This document shows positions 24,865 to 37,805 of a stretch of 64,000 bases of DNA, in pieces. Each line of letters starts with the position of its first letter. The stretch's first letter is position 1. The stretch lies in the NCBI GenBank assembly GCA_036172245.1, contig JAYWIR010000016.1, positions 62,001-126,000 on the forward strand. Direction: 5' to 3'. Source of the stretch: Raillietiella orientalis. Lineage: Eukaryota. The position numbers were made by a program, and so were the translations under genes. The notes beneath the pieces are model-generated. The model searched no databases, was not told where the DNA came from, and saw only the letters and a program-made list of their open reading frames with translations.

Positions 24865-25854
24865 TCAGAGAGTTCCCACCCCTCCATTTCCATCTCCCCC
24901 TTTTCTCTGCTCCCCATCCGAAGCGTGCTGCTGGCCGCCTTGCAGGCAGCAGTCACCTCCGTCCCTTCGCCCTCCATCCTTGCCTTGCTTCTGGATGGAG
25001 TCTGACGTGCTCTCCTCCTTCTTCACTTCCCTCTTCCGGGATTGGACAGAAGGTGGGCAGGGGAGGGGGGAAAGGAACGGCTGGAAGACGGAAACTGGGG
25101 CGTCCTGCTGACCGGCTCGTTCTCTGGGGAGGCGCCCACGGTCCCTCCGGGCTCTCTCCCTTTCCTCCCCGAACCGACCCTCTCCCCTCTCTCCCCGCGA
25201 GAGCTTCCCGAAAGGACGGTGGTCCCCTCTCGAGGGTTGGCGTGGCTCCCCCCTCCCCCTCTCGGTCTCATCCCAGAAGGGAGGCACGTATTCCAAGGGG
25301 CTTCCCTGGAGGACATACTCCTGGGACCTCTGACTCCATTTATCGGCGAGCATCCGTGCCGGCTCCCCAGGGCCACTGTCTGGGAAGTATCCGTGAGCTC
25401 GGAAGTGGCGAGCCCGCTCGTTAGGATTGCAGAAGCGAGCGACAACCCTGTCAGACAGCTCGGCAGTAGGACAGGAGACCTTTCTTGCAGGAAGGCGCCA
25501 TCTCCGGCAAGGGCGCGACGCGCCCGCTCTCTCGACACCTCCAGACAAGGCTCGCCCCTCCGCAACGAGGTCTTCCTCCCTCGGAAGCGGACGCGCTTCC
25601 TCCTCGTCCCAGATGGAACGGATCTCTTCAGGAAGAAGGCGAAAGAAGGGCGAATGCCGTCATCGCGGACGGGACAGCCACGTGAAGTGCGTCCGGCGGC
25701 GGCGCGCATGCGCGATGACGTCAAGGTGGTGCTGCTTCTCGCCGCCGCGTCCTCCTCGCCATCGCCGTCGTGATCTCCAGCCGGCGCTGCCGCCAGCTCG
25801 CCCGGAGCGGCGGCGGCGGCATATCCCCCCCTCCCCCTTTCCCGCTCTCGGCAC
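24865..25854 (-). pseudogene. Unidentified coding-like frame interrupted by an in-frame TGA
   Basis: One frame reads KQHHLDVIAHARRRRTHFTWLSRPR*RHSPFFRLLPEEIRSIWDEEEARPLPREEDLVAEG...LSDRVVARFCNPNERARHFRAHGYFPDSG...EYVPPFWDETE. It contains repeat copy B. No family recognised. Confidence 0.25.
25015..25315 (+). repeat. Copy B of the ~300-bp dispersed direct repeat
   Basis: Aligns by eye with 21122-21443, with scattered substitutions and one ~21-22 nt indel. Confidence 0.92.
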
Positions 25855-28800
25855 ATCCAGCGCCCGCCAGCCCTCCCAAAAGAAGTCCCCGTTCTTGCGA
25901 GGGAGAGCCGGCGGGAAGAGAGCCCGTCCGCCGCGAATCCTGGCGGGAGGACACGTGGACGCGCGGCACGAGAAACCGGACTCGGTGCAAAACCGGCTCT
26001 TTCTGGAAAAGGGGACAACCGCGACGGGAGAGGAAGGGATCCCGTTTGTTCCTCGAAAGGGCTCTCTGTGAGAGGTCCGGCAAGCCCTGACAACGTCGCG
26101 CTGTCCTGAGGGTCAGCTGCTTTTGTCTTTTCCGCGTAGGCAGATCCAGTTTTCGGGAACCATCGACGGGTTCCCTCAAAGAAGATAGAAACTCGGCGTT
26201 TTCGCTGACTTTCGATCTTCTCTGGAGCAATGAAGGTTTTCTTGAGCGACCTTGACTGCCGTGGAAGATGCGATCGCCCGGTCTCGTATCCCGCCAACAC
26301 GTTGGCGTGCCGCTCACCTGTTGGTGCACGAAAACGAACGACTTCAACTTCTTCCCGTTCGCTCCGAACGTCAGGACTTTTTCGTTACCCTCGTGCTATA
26401 GTTGTCTCACTCAAGAATTCACTTCGGGACGAATCGCTGGCGCATTTTTTCGTTTTTTGTTTGCTTTTTTTCTTCTTCTTTTTTTCGATTCGAACATTCC
26501 AAGAAACATAATAATGCTCCGCGATTTCTCGACTGCATTCCTTAAATAATACCCCGTACGAGCCTGGCAAACCTGATTCCTGAACGCGAGAAAAGATAGC
26601 TCAAATGCGCAGTTGAAACACTCCTCGCGCATTATGGAACCGGTCTAGAATTAGAACTCCCGGGTTTACCCGATTCCCGACCACGTCCACGTGATGCCAA
26701 GTGGGGCCTCTTATGGAAGAGGTTCGCGATCGGGAATGGCCTTCGTCCCGCCGAGGAGGAACGAACCGTTCGAGAAACGGGAACGGACCAAGCAGTCGGC
26801 CGAGTTTCCAGCAGGACCACGTGGGGGCCGAGCGCGAACGTCTTCCCGAAATTTCGCGGGTCTCTCCGGTCCTCACCTCCGCAGAGCGCGCTCGCCCATC
26901 TCCGAGCTCGGCTGTTCGTTTCCTGGCAACCCCTCGTCCTCGACTTTTGTCGCGGAGCAGAGCTCGAGTTCGCAACGCATGCCGTCTTCTGTGTCCGGAA
27001 CAAACTCCCTGACGCGGTCTTCGGAAAGGAACTGGCTCTGGGGACTTGTCCGAGGTCTCCGGATGCTTCGTCGTCATCCGCGAAATCTCTCTTCTGGAGC
27101 TGGAGATTACCACCAACCGGTCGGACTCTCTCGGACTTGAGTAGCTGCAATCAATTCAGTGTCCTTCCGTTGTCCACCTTTTTCTTCTTCTTTTCCTGTT
27201 TGTTTGTTGGTTCTCGCTGGGTGTTTCCCGTCCTTCTGGAACGCAGTTTGTGCGGCCCGGTTTCTTCTTTTCTTCCTTCCTCTCGAAGCTTCTTGTGGCA
27301 GCAGTTCTTGCTCCTCAGGTGAAGTCCAGCCGAAGCTCCATCCACATGCCCCGCTTGGTACCGGAAGCAGGCGAACGCTCCTGGTCCTGAGCGAGCATGG
27401 TCCATACCTTGTCTGAGTTTTTTGTTATTTTGTTTTCGGACGGGAGATCCGTCCGGGTTATCCGGACGATGCCGGGTTATCCTCAGATCGTCTGGATGAG
27501 GGGGCCAAGGATGGGACTTCCGCTTCCAGCACGGGAACATCCGCGTGGCGTCAGCAAACCTTAAAGCGCATTTTTGTTTTGTTTATTTGTGTATTGCTCT
27601 CTCTCGCTCCAGTAACGCATTGGCTGACGTCACTCGCGTCGACCCTTCACTGGGCGGGGCACCACCATCACGGCACCGAGGGAAACACCCGTTCCGTGAG
27701 AGCATCGTGCAGCACGAAGATCAACGGGCAAGCTGCACGTCGACATCGCCATCGTCTCAGTAGAAAAAAAAAGGGAACACTTCCGGGTCAGCGGCAAGTC
27801 GCGAAACGCCAGTGTGCTGCTTCACTCTTCCCTGGAACCTCTCTTCACGTGATCTACTCTTCGTCTGGAATGCACTCCGTGGCGCATCCGAACTCTTGTT
27901 CAGAGAACATGGATCAAGAGGATGGACAGCTGGCAAGCAAACCCCTCTTCCTCCACCTACTCTTTTTTTCCTCCTCCTCCTCCTCTCCCTCATCATCATC
28001 GCAGAGTGAAGGTAACCTGGAGGCTCTCGCGGACAGGAGCTGTTGGAAGAACACATCCGATTGGAGCGTACGAAGAGGAAGGCCTGCCTGCTCGCGCCCC
28101 CAGAGCAGCAGTGCATCACTCTCGCTGATGCGTGACCACCCCTCACCAAAAGAGGGTCGGCTTCCGCGCTGAGCAGCGTTGCCGGGTCGCGACCTTTTCC
28201 TCCTTCGCAGACAGCCTGCAGAGTTCGGACTACGGGCGGTTTGGTCGCTCTCCCGCGAGGCGCAGCTCGGCCTGCAACAACGTTCAGGAGAGCCGCGCCC
28301 ACCGCGCGGGTGCCGCGAATCGACGCTCGCGCCAGCAGTTGCGTCCCGACCTCGTCTGGAGACGCCGGGACGGGCAGGACGGATCGAGGGGACGGGTTGC
28401 CCGGAATCAGGGAGAAGCCGGCGGCCAGTGCCGAAGGGTGCGAACTCCTTGAGAGAACGTGGCGCTGCAAGGCACCACTGCATCCTTCCCCCCGGGTGCT
28501 TCCGGCCCCTTCCGGAGCTTAGCCGATGGCTCCGAGGGAGGCGAGGCAGCGGAAGGAGGGGCTGCCTCGTCTCTCCCCGCTAGAGGAGCCGCTGCCTCTG
28601 GAGAGGGCGCCCTGGGGACGCGCCCTCCTTGAAGCTGCGGCCGCCCTCACGGGATCGGAACGGGCGAGAGACTGCATTCTCGCCACCTCCCTGTTTCCAT
28701 GTTGCCCCTTGGCCTGGGGGACGGGGAGGCGTGACCTCGATCTTAAATCTTCTGACACCTTCCCTACTGCGCCCACACCCACTCAGCGCCGACACCTGTC

Positions 28801-31635
28801 TGGTCACTGGGTCCCAGCCCTTCCCCGGAACCAGCATGAGTCCCTTACGTCCGCCGTCTCCCTTGCATCTCCTGCGTGCTTCTGCACTCCCCCGTCCTCT
28901 TCGCTTCCGGTTCATGCGCAGCAACATTCTTCGTCCAGCTGCTAAGCGGGAGATCTCACAGCTCTTCCACCCTTCGGCTTCCTCCCGAACCGTCAGCCTT
29001 CCGTGGAGCTGCTACCGTACCCTTCGATCCTTCACTTCTCTTCGACGTCGTCCCCGGAGGAAGGCTGTGTCTTGGCCGGGAAAACGCCTTTCCGGGGATA
29101 CTCGAACGGGCGGAGGGGTCGCAGCTGCGGGCGCCAGCTTGCAGCTTAGCAGCGCAGCTTCATGGTCTCCGTCCCGTTCCCTCCAGAGGCCTCTTGCCTG
29201 CCGCGGGGAGGGCAGTGCTCTCACGGTCCCCGCCCGCCCGCTGCAAGCGGCCACGACTTTCCGGGCGCGACGGGGGTTCTTTGGCCACGTGTCCGCTCCA
29301 GCGACAGAGACGGGTGACGAGCGCAAGCCAGGTCACGGTGGATCCCCCGTCGGGCGACCCGACCTGCCTGCGGGCTCAAGCGCGTTGCTACCACGTTCAG
29401 CGCGAGGAGACCACGGCGTAGGCGCGCAGCGAAGGGCGCGAGCTGTCCCTCACGCCGCGTGCCCTGCCGTGCCCGGAAGGGTGGTCTCTCCCCATCGCAA
29501 TAGTTGCAGGGTGTGTGTGGAGTGGCACCCGCCATCCGATGCCAAGGGTGCTCGTGGTGCCACCACCGACTCGTCTGCCCGTCCACAGAGGAAGCCCCGC
29601 ATCACCTCAGAAACGCCACGTGACCACCACCACCAGGTGCCCTCGTGAGGGACTCACCGGCATCCGTTCGTCCTGGGAGACGTGTCAGGCACCGGGTGCG
29701 CAAGGGGGGCGTTCTGGAGCCAAGTCTCCTCCGTTCTTCCGGTGAGATCCGTCTCTTCCTGCTTCCCAGAGGCGGGACACCTCGCACCCCCTCCCCCTTC
29801 ACCCTGCGCTCGCTCCACCAGTTCTGGGACTTCTGGCAACGCTTGAGGCTTCAGACGAACAGCTCCAGAAAGCCCCTCCCCTCGACTTCCAGCCTCACGG
29901 AGCCGCTGCCCCGCACCCCGCCAAAGCGGTCTCTCTCTAACCTCGAGGCCCCTTCCCCGCCCCTTCCTCTCCCCAGTGAGCTGGGCGCAGTGCAGCTTCT
30001 GGGAGCGCCTCAGCGTGGGGGCGACCCCCGAATGCCCTTGCGACATCACGTTTCCTGACGTCATCCCCCCTTCTTCGCGTCCCATCACGAAGATGTCCGA
30101 CGGGAGGTCCGCCATTTCCTTCTTTCGCTCGCACAACTTTTCCAGGTCATCGTCGTCTCTTGCCACGGCGGCTTCCGACGCGCGCCCCGGGACCGAAGGG
30201 CCCCCCCTCCTTTCGTCTCTTCCCTTCCCTTCTTTCGTGGACTGCGCATCCGAGGCGCCGAGCAGGCGACGACCAGGAATCGTGACGTCGGATGTCCGTG
30301 GTAGGCAGGTCGCGGTCGATTCGAGCGCCGGCGGCGCTTCCTCGGTCCGCTCTTGCAGGCGCCACTCTGCGAGTCTGACGTCCGCGACGACGACGTCTCC
30401 TTGGGCGCCCACGTGCCCTCCTCACAGCTTTCTTCCATCATAGGAGGGGGGCTGAGCTGCCTCCCTTCCCGCCCCGTCGCCAAGCACCCACCAGACGACC
30501 CAAGCGGTCCGAGTGCACTCCCGCGACCACGGCCCGCCGTGCTTCACGCTCTGGGCGCCAAGCTGCCCTCTCTCCTTCCCGGCGTCGGCACTTCCTCCGA
30601 CCCTGCCCCTTGCGGGAAGATGCGCGCCTTCCTGCACGGGCCCCACACGGACGGAGAGGGGAGCCGCTTCCTCCCGCCGTCCGTCCACGACGGCGCGCGC
30701 TGCCAAGAGGGTGGCGGACCGCCGAGCTCGTGGATACGCGGCGCGGGAGCGGTGGCCCGGTATGCGGCCCCGACCACCGCGGCAGCCTCGCGTGCCGGCA
30801 AAAGGGTTGCGGCTGGCGAGGGCTAGGCGAGGGTTCTCCCAGCGGGTAGCCCGCGCGGTGGGTGCGGCTCGTCTTGGCTCGGCACCGGTCTGCCCTCGCT
30901 TGGGCTTGTTCGGAGAGCTCGCGTGTGCGGAGGTGCGGTGTGCACAAGCGAATAGTTTCGTCGGCGCACCGGCGCCACCTACACGCGTGACGCGCTGGCG
31001 CTGCGCGCGTGGAGCCGAGACCGAGCACGTCGGCCGACTCAGCGCCTCTCGTCGCGAGCGTCCCGTTCGCGGCCGCGGAGGCTTCTGGAGCTGCGCGAAG
31101 CACGCGCGAGGATGCTTCGGCCGGTTCGGACTGGCCCTGGTTGATGCGGGCGGGTGCGTCTGCGACAGCACTGCTCCACTTGGCACCCTCCCACCTCTTT
31201 TGTCGGCACCACCGCCTCGCGATGTCGCGCCAGGGAGACCGGGCGGAGGTTGGCAGAGCGCGCCCACCGGGAGAAGCGGAGATGGCGGGGCACAGAGTCG
31301 CTCTTGGAGCGGTGGGCGGGCGTGGCGAGGGCGGCAGGGCTGCTGGGTGGGCGCCGCCGCGGAAGCTGCAGGGTATGTGGCGCAGCTGAGGATGGCTGGC
31401 ACCTCGGGCACTCCGTTCGTTTCTCTGGATGGCTGTCGCTCGCTCGGCTTCCCGTTCGGGAACGGGCGGGGGGGGGAGGAGGGAAGAGGCTGCCGGGTGG
31501 TCGGCGGGAATTGCGTGCGGTGGCGCCCGGTGTCCTCGCCTGGGGCTGCGCAGTCGAGTGTGGTACGAGCGCCGCAGGGGCCGTCGTAGTTCTTCAGAGG
31601 CGTAAGGAGTTATCACCCGCAGGGGGGTGCGTAGA

Positions 31636-32850
31636 TGTCTGCGGAGCTTATACCAGACCAGAATAACGTCGAAAGGACGAGCGTGTGGAACCTGTTTTAA
31701 CAGAAAAACAATGTCGGAATTTTTTCGAGACGTGAGATGTTATGTTGAAAAGTGAATTGATTACATCGTCATGACAAAATGATTATCCACAGTGAAGGAA
31801 ATTATGGTCGCTGAAGAATTCCTTCAGGCTTATTAGAATGCTGGAGACCTTGTGTCGGTGAATCGGTGTCGGTGTGAATTTGGTACAATGAAGTTTGATA
31901 CAAAATGTGACCCTGAATCTGATTTGGTTAGTCAGTAATGGGAGAATTAACATGCTGCTGGGCAGAGAATGGTTACTGCCGAAGACATTACATGAATAAC
32001 AATGTACGCTTCCCCAGAGAGAAAGTTTTTGTATTACTATTTTAACTTTCAGCAATGGGTAAATTAATCTGTGTTCGTATGTGAGAATATTCCTGCCGTT
32101 TGATGGTACAATTACGTTGCGTGACTGCACTTGCAATTTCATTGAGTTCTGTGCCACAGTACACAGGATTAATACGGCTACAAATTTCAGATATCATCGC
32201 ATTGCTGAGAAACAAACAGGCAAACAGGAACATTGGAAGAACTAGTTTTAGAAATAGGTGAGATCTACAGACTGTGCTCACCAACAGTCACATGAAGAAT
32301 ATAAATTACAAAAGAAAACAAGAGTTTCATATGTATCTGGTAATTCTAAATAGGATGCAGAGTACAATCCAATTTTGATTAACCACAATTGATGAAACCA
32401 GTTATGTCCTACTGCAAGGTAGATTACACAGTTCCACTTTCTTCATGGAATCCACAGGAAAAATGATTGGTTGCTTCAAGGCAAGAACATGGTTTTGTTT
32501 ACCATTATTTGATTACGATTACTTTCTTTAGGATTTTCAGGCTTATGATGCAATGGCTGACAAATTTAGACTTCAAATGAAGCACAATTAACACAGTGAC
32601 TATGGCATTACAGTTGCATCACTCAGCTGAATGACTGTCTGATGTCCACGAAAAACTGAAGAACCTAATTCAAATTGAATACCTTAGGTTGGTTGATGGC
32701 CACTCCAAAACTGTAGAACTTTTTATCTGTTCTAGGCTCTTTGTTGACTGGACCATCTGACAATGACGTGCAGATGCAGTACAGTTCACTACAAAGTTCA
32801 GTGATGAAGACTTGAAAGATGATTTCATTTTATAAGCAATGCTAGATGAG
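31636..32850 (+). pseudogene. Unidentified decayed multi-exon gene converging on the F-box gene
   Basis: AG/GT-bounded blocks carry protein-like frames broken by stops: KEIMVAEEFLQAY*NAGDLVSVNRCRCEFGTMKFDTKCDPESDL|gttagt (weakly RRM-like), INLCSYVRIFLPFDGTITLRDCTCNFIEFC, TVTMALQLHHSAE*LSDVHEKLKNLIQIEYL|gttggt, FTTKFSDEDLKDDFIL*. Confidence 0.35.
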
Positions 32851-33144
32851 AATCATATTTGCCATGGTCTAGTTGCACATGCATGCATTTTTATTTGTTC
32901 ATCAAGATAATCTATTTCATCTTTAGGTAAATGCTCTCTTAGAGATCATAACAATTGCGAAAGTTCATTTTTTGTTAAAAGAAAAAAAAAAAGCATATCA
33001 TATTTCGCCAGTTTTGTTCTCTGCTAAATACTTGAAAGCTATGACCCCCCTTACTGCAAGACTATGTTTTATCATACTGCAAATTTGGCTTATGAGTTAC
33101 AAAAATAAACTTCAGTTGGACTGTACAGCCTCTTTGTTGGATGT

Positions 33145-34792
33145 TCACTTATAGAAGGCAGTCATCTTATAAGTTAGTCCTTTGTACTCATTATCTGAAA
33201 GGGCATGCCAAGAATACCCTAGAATACGAGAGACTTCAGCTTCCATTCTAGCATATGAATGGGAGTTTGTGCACAGCCAAGCATAAAAGTTTGCTGACCA
33301 TTCTGGGAGACAAGGCCAGTCAGCTTTGAGCACAATTGCATTCCTCCGAACAAGCAAATATTGGAGATTAGTAGCCCAATGGGCAATTAATAGGACTGTG
33401 CAAGTTGATATCTTCTCTCTAATTATCTGCAAAAAGAAACAGAAATGTTTAAAGCATTTATTCTTGACAGTTTATTCCAGGAGTGCAAATATTAAACAAA
33501 ACTTAATGAACAGTTATGCATAGAAGCAGATGCAAAAAGCATGCAGTTAAAAATGCAAAGACAATACACACACTGTTAATTGAAATACCAGAATTTGGAG
33601 TTGGGAGCACTGTTTGCACATCCATACTAGATAGGAATCGAATCTACGAACAAAAGTCTTGGGCATATAGTATCTGGGCAAACCAAAATGGCCATAAACT
33701 CTTAAACTGTTGGCATAATAATCAGTAACCATAGGTACAGAAGATAACTAAAGAGGAAATAATGACCATAGATTCCTTGTGCAAAAAATACTTACAGAAT
33801 TGAAAGGTGAATCATAAGTTACTGATCTTACTGGAGCTCCTTCTTGCCAGCAAATTTCCTGCTTTAGTTTACCTTCTAAATGCAAATGAACACATAAATA
33901 TGGGTTCTTTTTTTGACACATTGCCCATGCAGTTCTGCTTACTGCATCAGTTGATTTTGTGAAAGCATTTTGATAAATGAATAGATTTTTTAGCTTTGTA
34001 CTTCCCAAAAGCAATACAGCATTATCACTCAAATTCTGGGGGCTAATTGTAAGATTTTGTAGGTGCACAAATATTCCAAAACAAAGAATTTCACATGGAA
34101 TTTGGGTGCAGTTTGTTAACTTAAGGGTGTGCAAACTTCCACTGCAGTTACACACTACTTCCTCCAATAAGAATATTGCTTTCTGTTGGTCCTCTAGCAA
34201 GAGATTATGCAACTCTAAATGCTTCAAATGATGAAAATTGGCTATTAAATTTTTAATTGACTGCAAAAGTTGACCTCCAGTTCCAAATACTATGCTTTTC
34301 TCTTTTTCTATTAACTGACAATTGAAGGAAAATTTGAAAGTACCGATGTTTTCCGAAGTGCACAACACATTTTCAACAAAATGAGAAACTAAATTCATAA
34401 ACTCATACTGACTGAAGAAATTTTTCATAGGTTTAAAAACAAAGCACTTCACATGGGATCCAATCTTGAGCAGACACGTCTGTATCCTTTGATGATCCAA
34501 AACATCCTAAGGATAAGCACAAAGAATCAATGCATTGCAACCGTTACATCTACTGTGGGCACACCTGATATCCCATGTAATAATTAAACTTCTTCCTGGT
34601 CAAGGTATGATCATCGATTATAAAGGAGGACCACACTCCAGGGAATTGAAAGATCTTATTCCATTGTATACACACCAAAGAAGCATAATAACGTTCCTTT
34701 ATGTTCAAAAAGGAAAAGATTTTTTCAAGTACAATGTCTGGTAAGTACGACCAGCTGCATTCATCTCTTTTTCCATAATAATCACATTCCAT
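33145..34792 (-). CDS. F-box protein with LRR-like C-terminal region (FBXO39/FBXO33/FBXL-like), ~459 aa
   Basis: Exons 34565-34792, 33796-34506, 33589-33747 and 33145-33426 (TGA), joined by phase-0 GT-AG introns of 58, 48 and 162 nt, with no internal stops. F-box motif WSYLPDIVLEKIFSFLNIKERYYASLVCIQWNKIF is followed by LRR-like units (LKHLELHNL, LHTLKLTNC, LQNLTISPQNL, LKNLFIYQN). The start codon is inferred. Confidence 0.9.
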
Positions 34793-34989
34793 TGATACCA
34801 ACCCGGAATTTCGTACCTACTGAGTACAGCACACACATTCACCGCACAATGTGGGTGTTATTGAATTCTTGCCATGTGGATCACAGAAGAGCCGTTCTTG
34901 ATTCCATGACAGATTGTTCCTCTGCCATCATCGAGATACCCTGCAGTCGAGAATCGCAAAATACGTTGTGAGTTTTCCCCAAAGGACTC

Positions 34990-37110
34990 ATTATCACGAG
35001 GATTCGAAGCTGGGGTGAACGTATGTGAATACGTTTTGCAGCTTTACGACGGCCAGTCTATATTGGACTGGGAAACGATTTGCTGTTTAGACAGTCTCAA
35101 AGTGTTGCTCCACGTTAAATCTCCTCACCAACACTTGCAGGTACTTTTTAAATCAGGGAACAAGCATTCTTTTTCATCACCTCCAGGAATCGCTGATTTT
35201 GGTTTATTTTTAACACATCACGATGAAGTGTGTCGGGTGCGAACAACCCACAAACGACTGGTCCGGTGCAAAAATCAAAACAAGCAAGGTTCCCCTTGCC
35301 GTAACGTGTGATTACTTGGGATTATCAAAAAGAAATAAACAAATGTGAAATTTAAAACGGCGAATGCAAAATCCGTATGTTGTGAGGGTCAACAGGGTCC
35401 AGTTATATGAATCAATCTATCTACCGGTATGGAAGTCGATCCTCATCAAAAACCGTTTGAAGCATGAGCCATGTTGTGCTTTGTGTTCCTTTCTATTCCA
35501 AGCTATCAATTATCAATTAGTAAGCCCATAGAATTATTTGACACTTTCCTGAGGCAAAGCGAAAGAAAAACCCTATAAACTTCATTCCCAGAGGTGCAAG
35601 CGACGATTCCATAAGAGCTTTTGTGTCCAAAGATTCTCATATGAATCAAATATGAGGAATATCGAAACAAATCGTGAAGAAACTTACATTCCACCATAGA
35701 TCATCAACTGCGTTCTTTATGGTCTGATAGAAGTTGCAGTTGCAAAAGAGTTGGTCTTTCAGCTTAAAGTGACTTGGTTCTACGTTACTGTGGTTCTTGT
35801 GTATGCTTCAAAGTGATGAGGGCATTCTGCGGGATGTTTGGCTGCCTTGCAGGATTGATTCCTTGCATTTCACAGGGATGGTTTATGAGAGAAACTTCGA
35901 TGTTTCCATGCAGGGACTCAGGGATCTTGCGAACGACTTGAACCAGCATGTCCCCGCCAGTGAACCAGAAAGCATTGCGTGCCTCACGCTTCGTTTGCGC
36001 CGAGTCAAGGCCAAATCACTTCCTGGACCGGCGATTAGCAGAGACGAGTCTCCGAGGTGAACCCTCTGAATAGAAGTTCCTTCTAGGACTGCACAAATCA
36101 ATAATTTTTCGTGAAATAAAACAGGACCTGCAATCCGTTTCAAAGTAGTTTTCTTCTTCCTTTCCTTTCACAACGCAAGTCCAGGCAAATGAATCAGCCC
36201 GTGCCTTCGCAGAATCAGGTCCTCACTTGCTGACTCTTTTATCTGTTCCTTCCTAAGGACTTTTTGGCTCGGGGTCGTTTTCCTTTCCGTGTCGTTTCCA
36301 TCCCTCGTAGGCGAGTAGGGAACTCACTATTCCACTTCTGCAGAGCTGGAATAGTGAGCTCCTTCGCGGGAGGATTGCTTTCCCCGAGATGCTCTGTCAG
36401 GTGGCACAGACTGAGCATTCGTTAGTGGGAAAAATGGCTGGCGTTCCGATGTCCGAACAAGTGGAGGTGGCCTGAAGGGTGAGGTCTGCTCTCGGGGACG
36501 CGTGGAGGCAGCACGTCAGGGAGTTTCCCTGGACTTGCGGAGGCCTGCGACAGCATTCTTCACTCGACCTCGCTCTGTTCCCCATCTCCTCTCTCCCCGA
36601 ATTGAAGCCCACGACTGTTCGGGGACTGGTCAACCCAACCTTTCCCAGGAATGCCTGCGCAACAGGAATCCGCGACCCTTAGACTGCCACAGCGTCCCTG
36701 TAGCTGTCCCGTCAGGTGTTCACGAGGCTCCACCATGTCTCGGCTGGCCAAGAGTAAGGGAGGACGTCGGTTGACCTCTGGACGGGAATTCCTCCCTCCC
36801 ATGTGACCCGGAAAACTCGCCCCACTAGGGAGAAACCGGCGAACGGGGTGGTACAATAAAGGAGCACCAGCATCCTTCTACCCCCCACCCTCCCTCGCTT
36901 CCCTTGTTCGCTTCAGGAGCCTTGGACCACAACAGCAGCAGGTAGGTCCTTGGCTGCCTCCCGGAGAGGCTCTCCTGTGTCTCCTAGCCACCTGTTGCAA
37001 AGGAAGTAAAGATCCCGGGAATCGTCAAGGCGGTGAAGGAGGAATTCCTCAGGAGCGATCCCAACGACTGCGCTGGTTTTCCTGATGAGTACCGGGAATC
37101 CCATCACCAA
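34990..37110 (-). pseudogene. Unidentified decayed multi-exon gene upstream of the F-box gene
   Basis: Splice-bounded, protein-like blocks: GFPVLIRKTSAVVGIAPEEFLLHRLDDSRDLYFLCNRWLG, ag|TIKNAVDDLWWN|gtaagt, WLMLQTVFDEDRLPYR|gt, VITRYGKGNLACFDFCTGPVVCGLF...NACSLI*, ag|NRFPVQYRLAVVKLQNVFTYVHPSFESS*. Internal stops are present and no family was assigned. Confidence 0.3.
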
Positions 37111-37805
37111 GACCTGAAAGCACGCGCCAGCAGGGATACCACCTTCCTGCAGATGCCAGGCGGAAGCGGAAGCGACATGCTCGAGGGACGGAGCACAGAG
37201 AGGGAGGGGTCTCCGAGGACGTAACGGGGTTGGAACTCACGCACCCGGAGGGAAGGCGGCGAGAGGATGGGAAGAAAAGGAAGTGGGAAGACAGGTGCCA
37301 GAGGAGCGCGGACGGGCCAGCTCTTCCGCCAGCAACCGAGAGGGAGACAGCCGCGAGAAGAAAAAAAAAGCGGCGGCAATAAGTGGAAGGGGAGAAAGAA
37401 GGGAAGGTGGCGGTAGTGGTGGTGAGCAGACGTCCTCGTCCACACGAACCCCTTCCTTGCAATATTTCTTCCCCCTCCTTCGCAGCACGGCTCCTGTGAT
37501 GGAGACGGCGGGAAGGAAGGCGAGCCCGCATAAGGAGACGTCCGTTCGACTGCTGGCGGCCAATTCCCCTGAGTTGCGCGGTTCCGCACCAAGCGGGTCA
37601 CTTGCAGCATCCGGATGCCCTTCTTTCCCTCCCTGATGAGAGAGCTACTACCGCTTGCCTCCTGCGCATTTCTGTCCTTTCCCTCAACTTGCCGTTTCCC
37701 AGGTCGCCTCGGCGCTTCCGCCAGGGAGGCGCTTCTGATCTCGGCGTTCTCAAGAGGCTGGAAGAAGGAGTAGGGGGGTCTATCTGGAGCGGGATGTCCC
37801 CGAGA

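Noticed and set aside
21122..25315. LTR retrotransposon (two direct repeats about 3.6 kb apart)
   Set aside because: No shared TG 5' end, no gag/pol motifs or primer-binding site seen, and the interval holds the likely GLS first exon.
25657..25665. Selenocysteine readthrough at the in-frame TGA
   Set aside because: No selenoprotein motif or recognisable SECIS; simple decay or chance is more likely.
36960..37060. PLAT-like LYFLCNRWL motif or sulfotransferase-like fragments
   Set aside because: Single short matches without supporting domain context.
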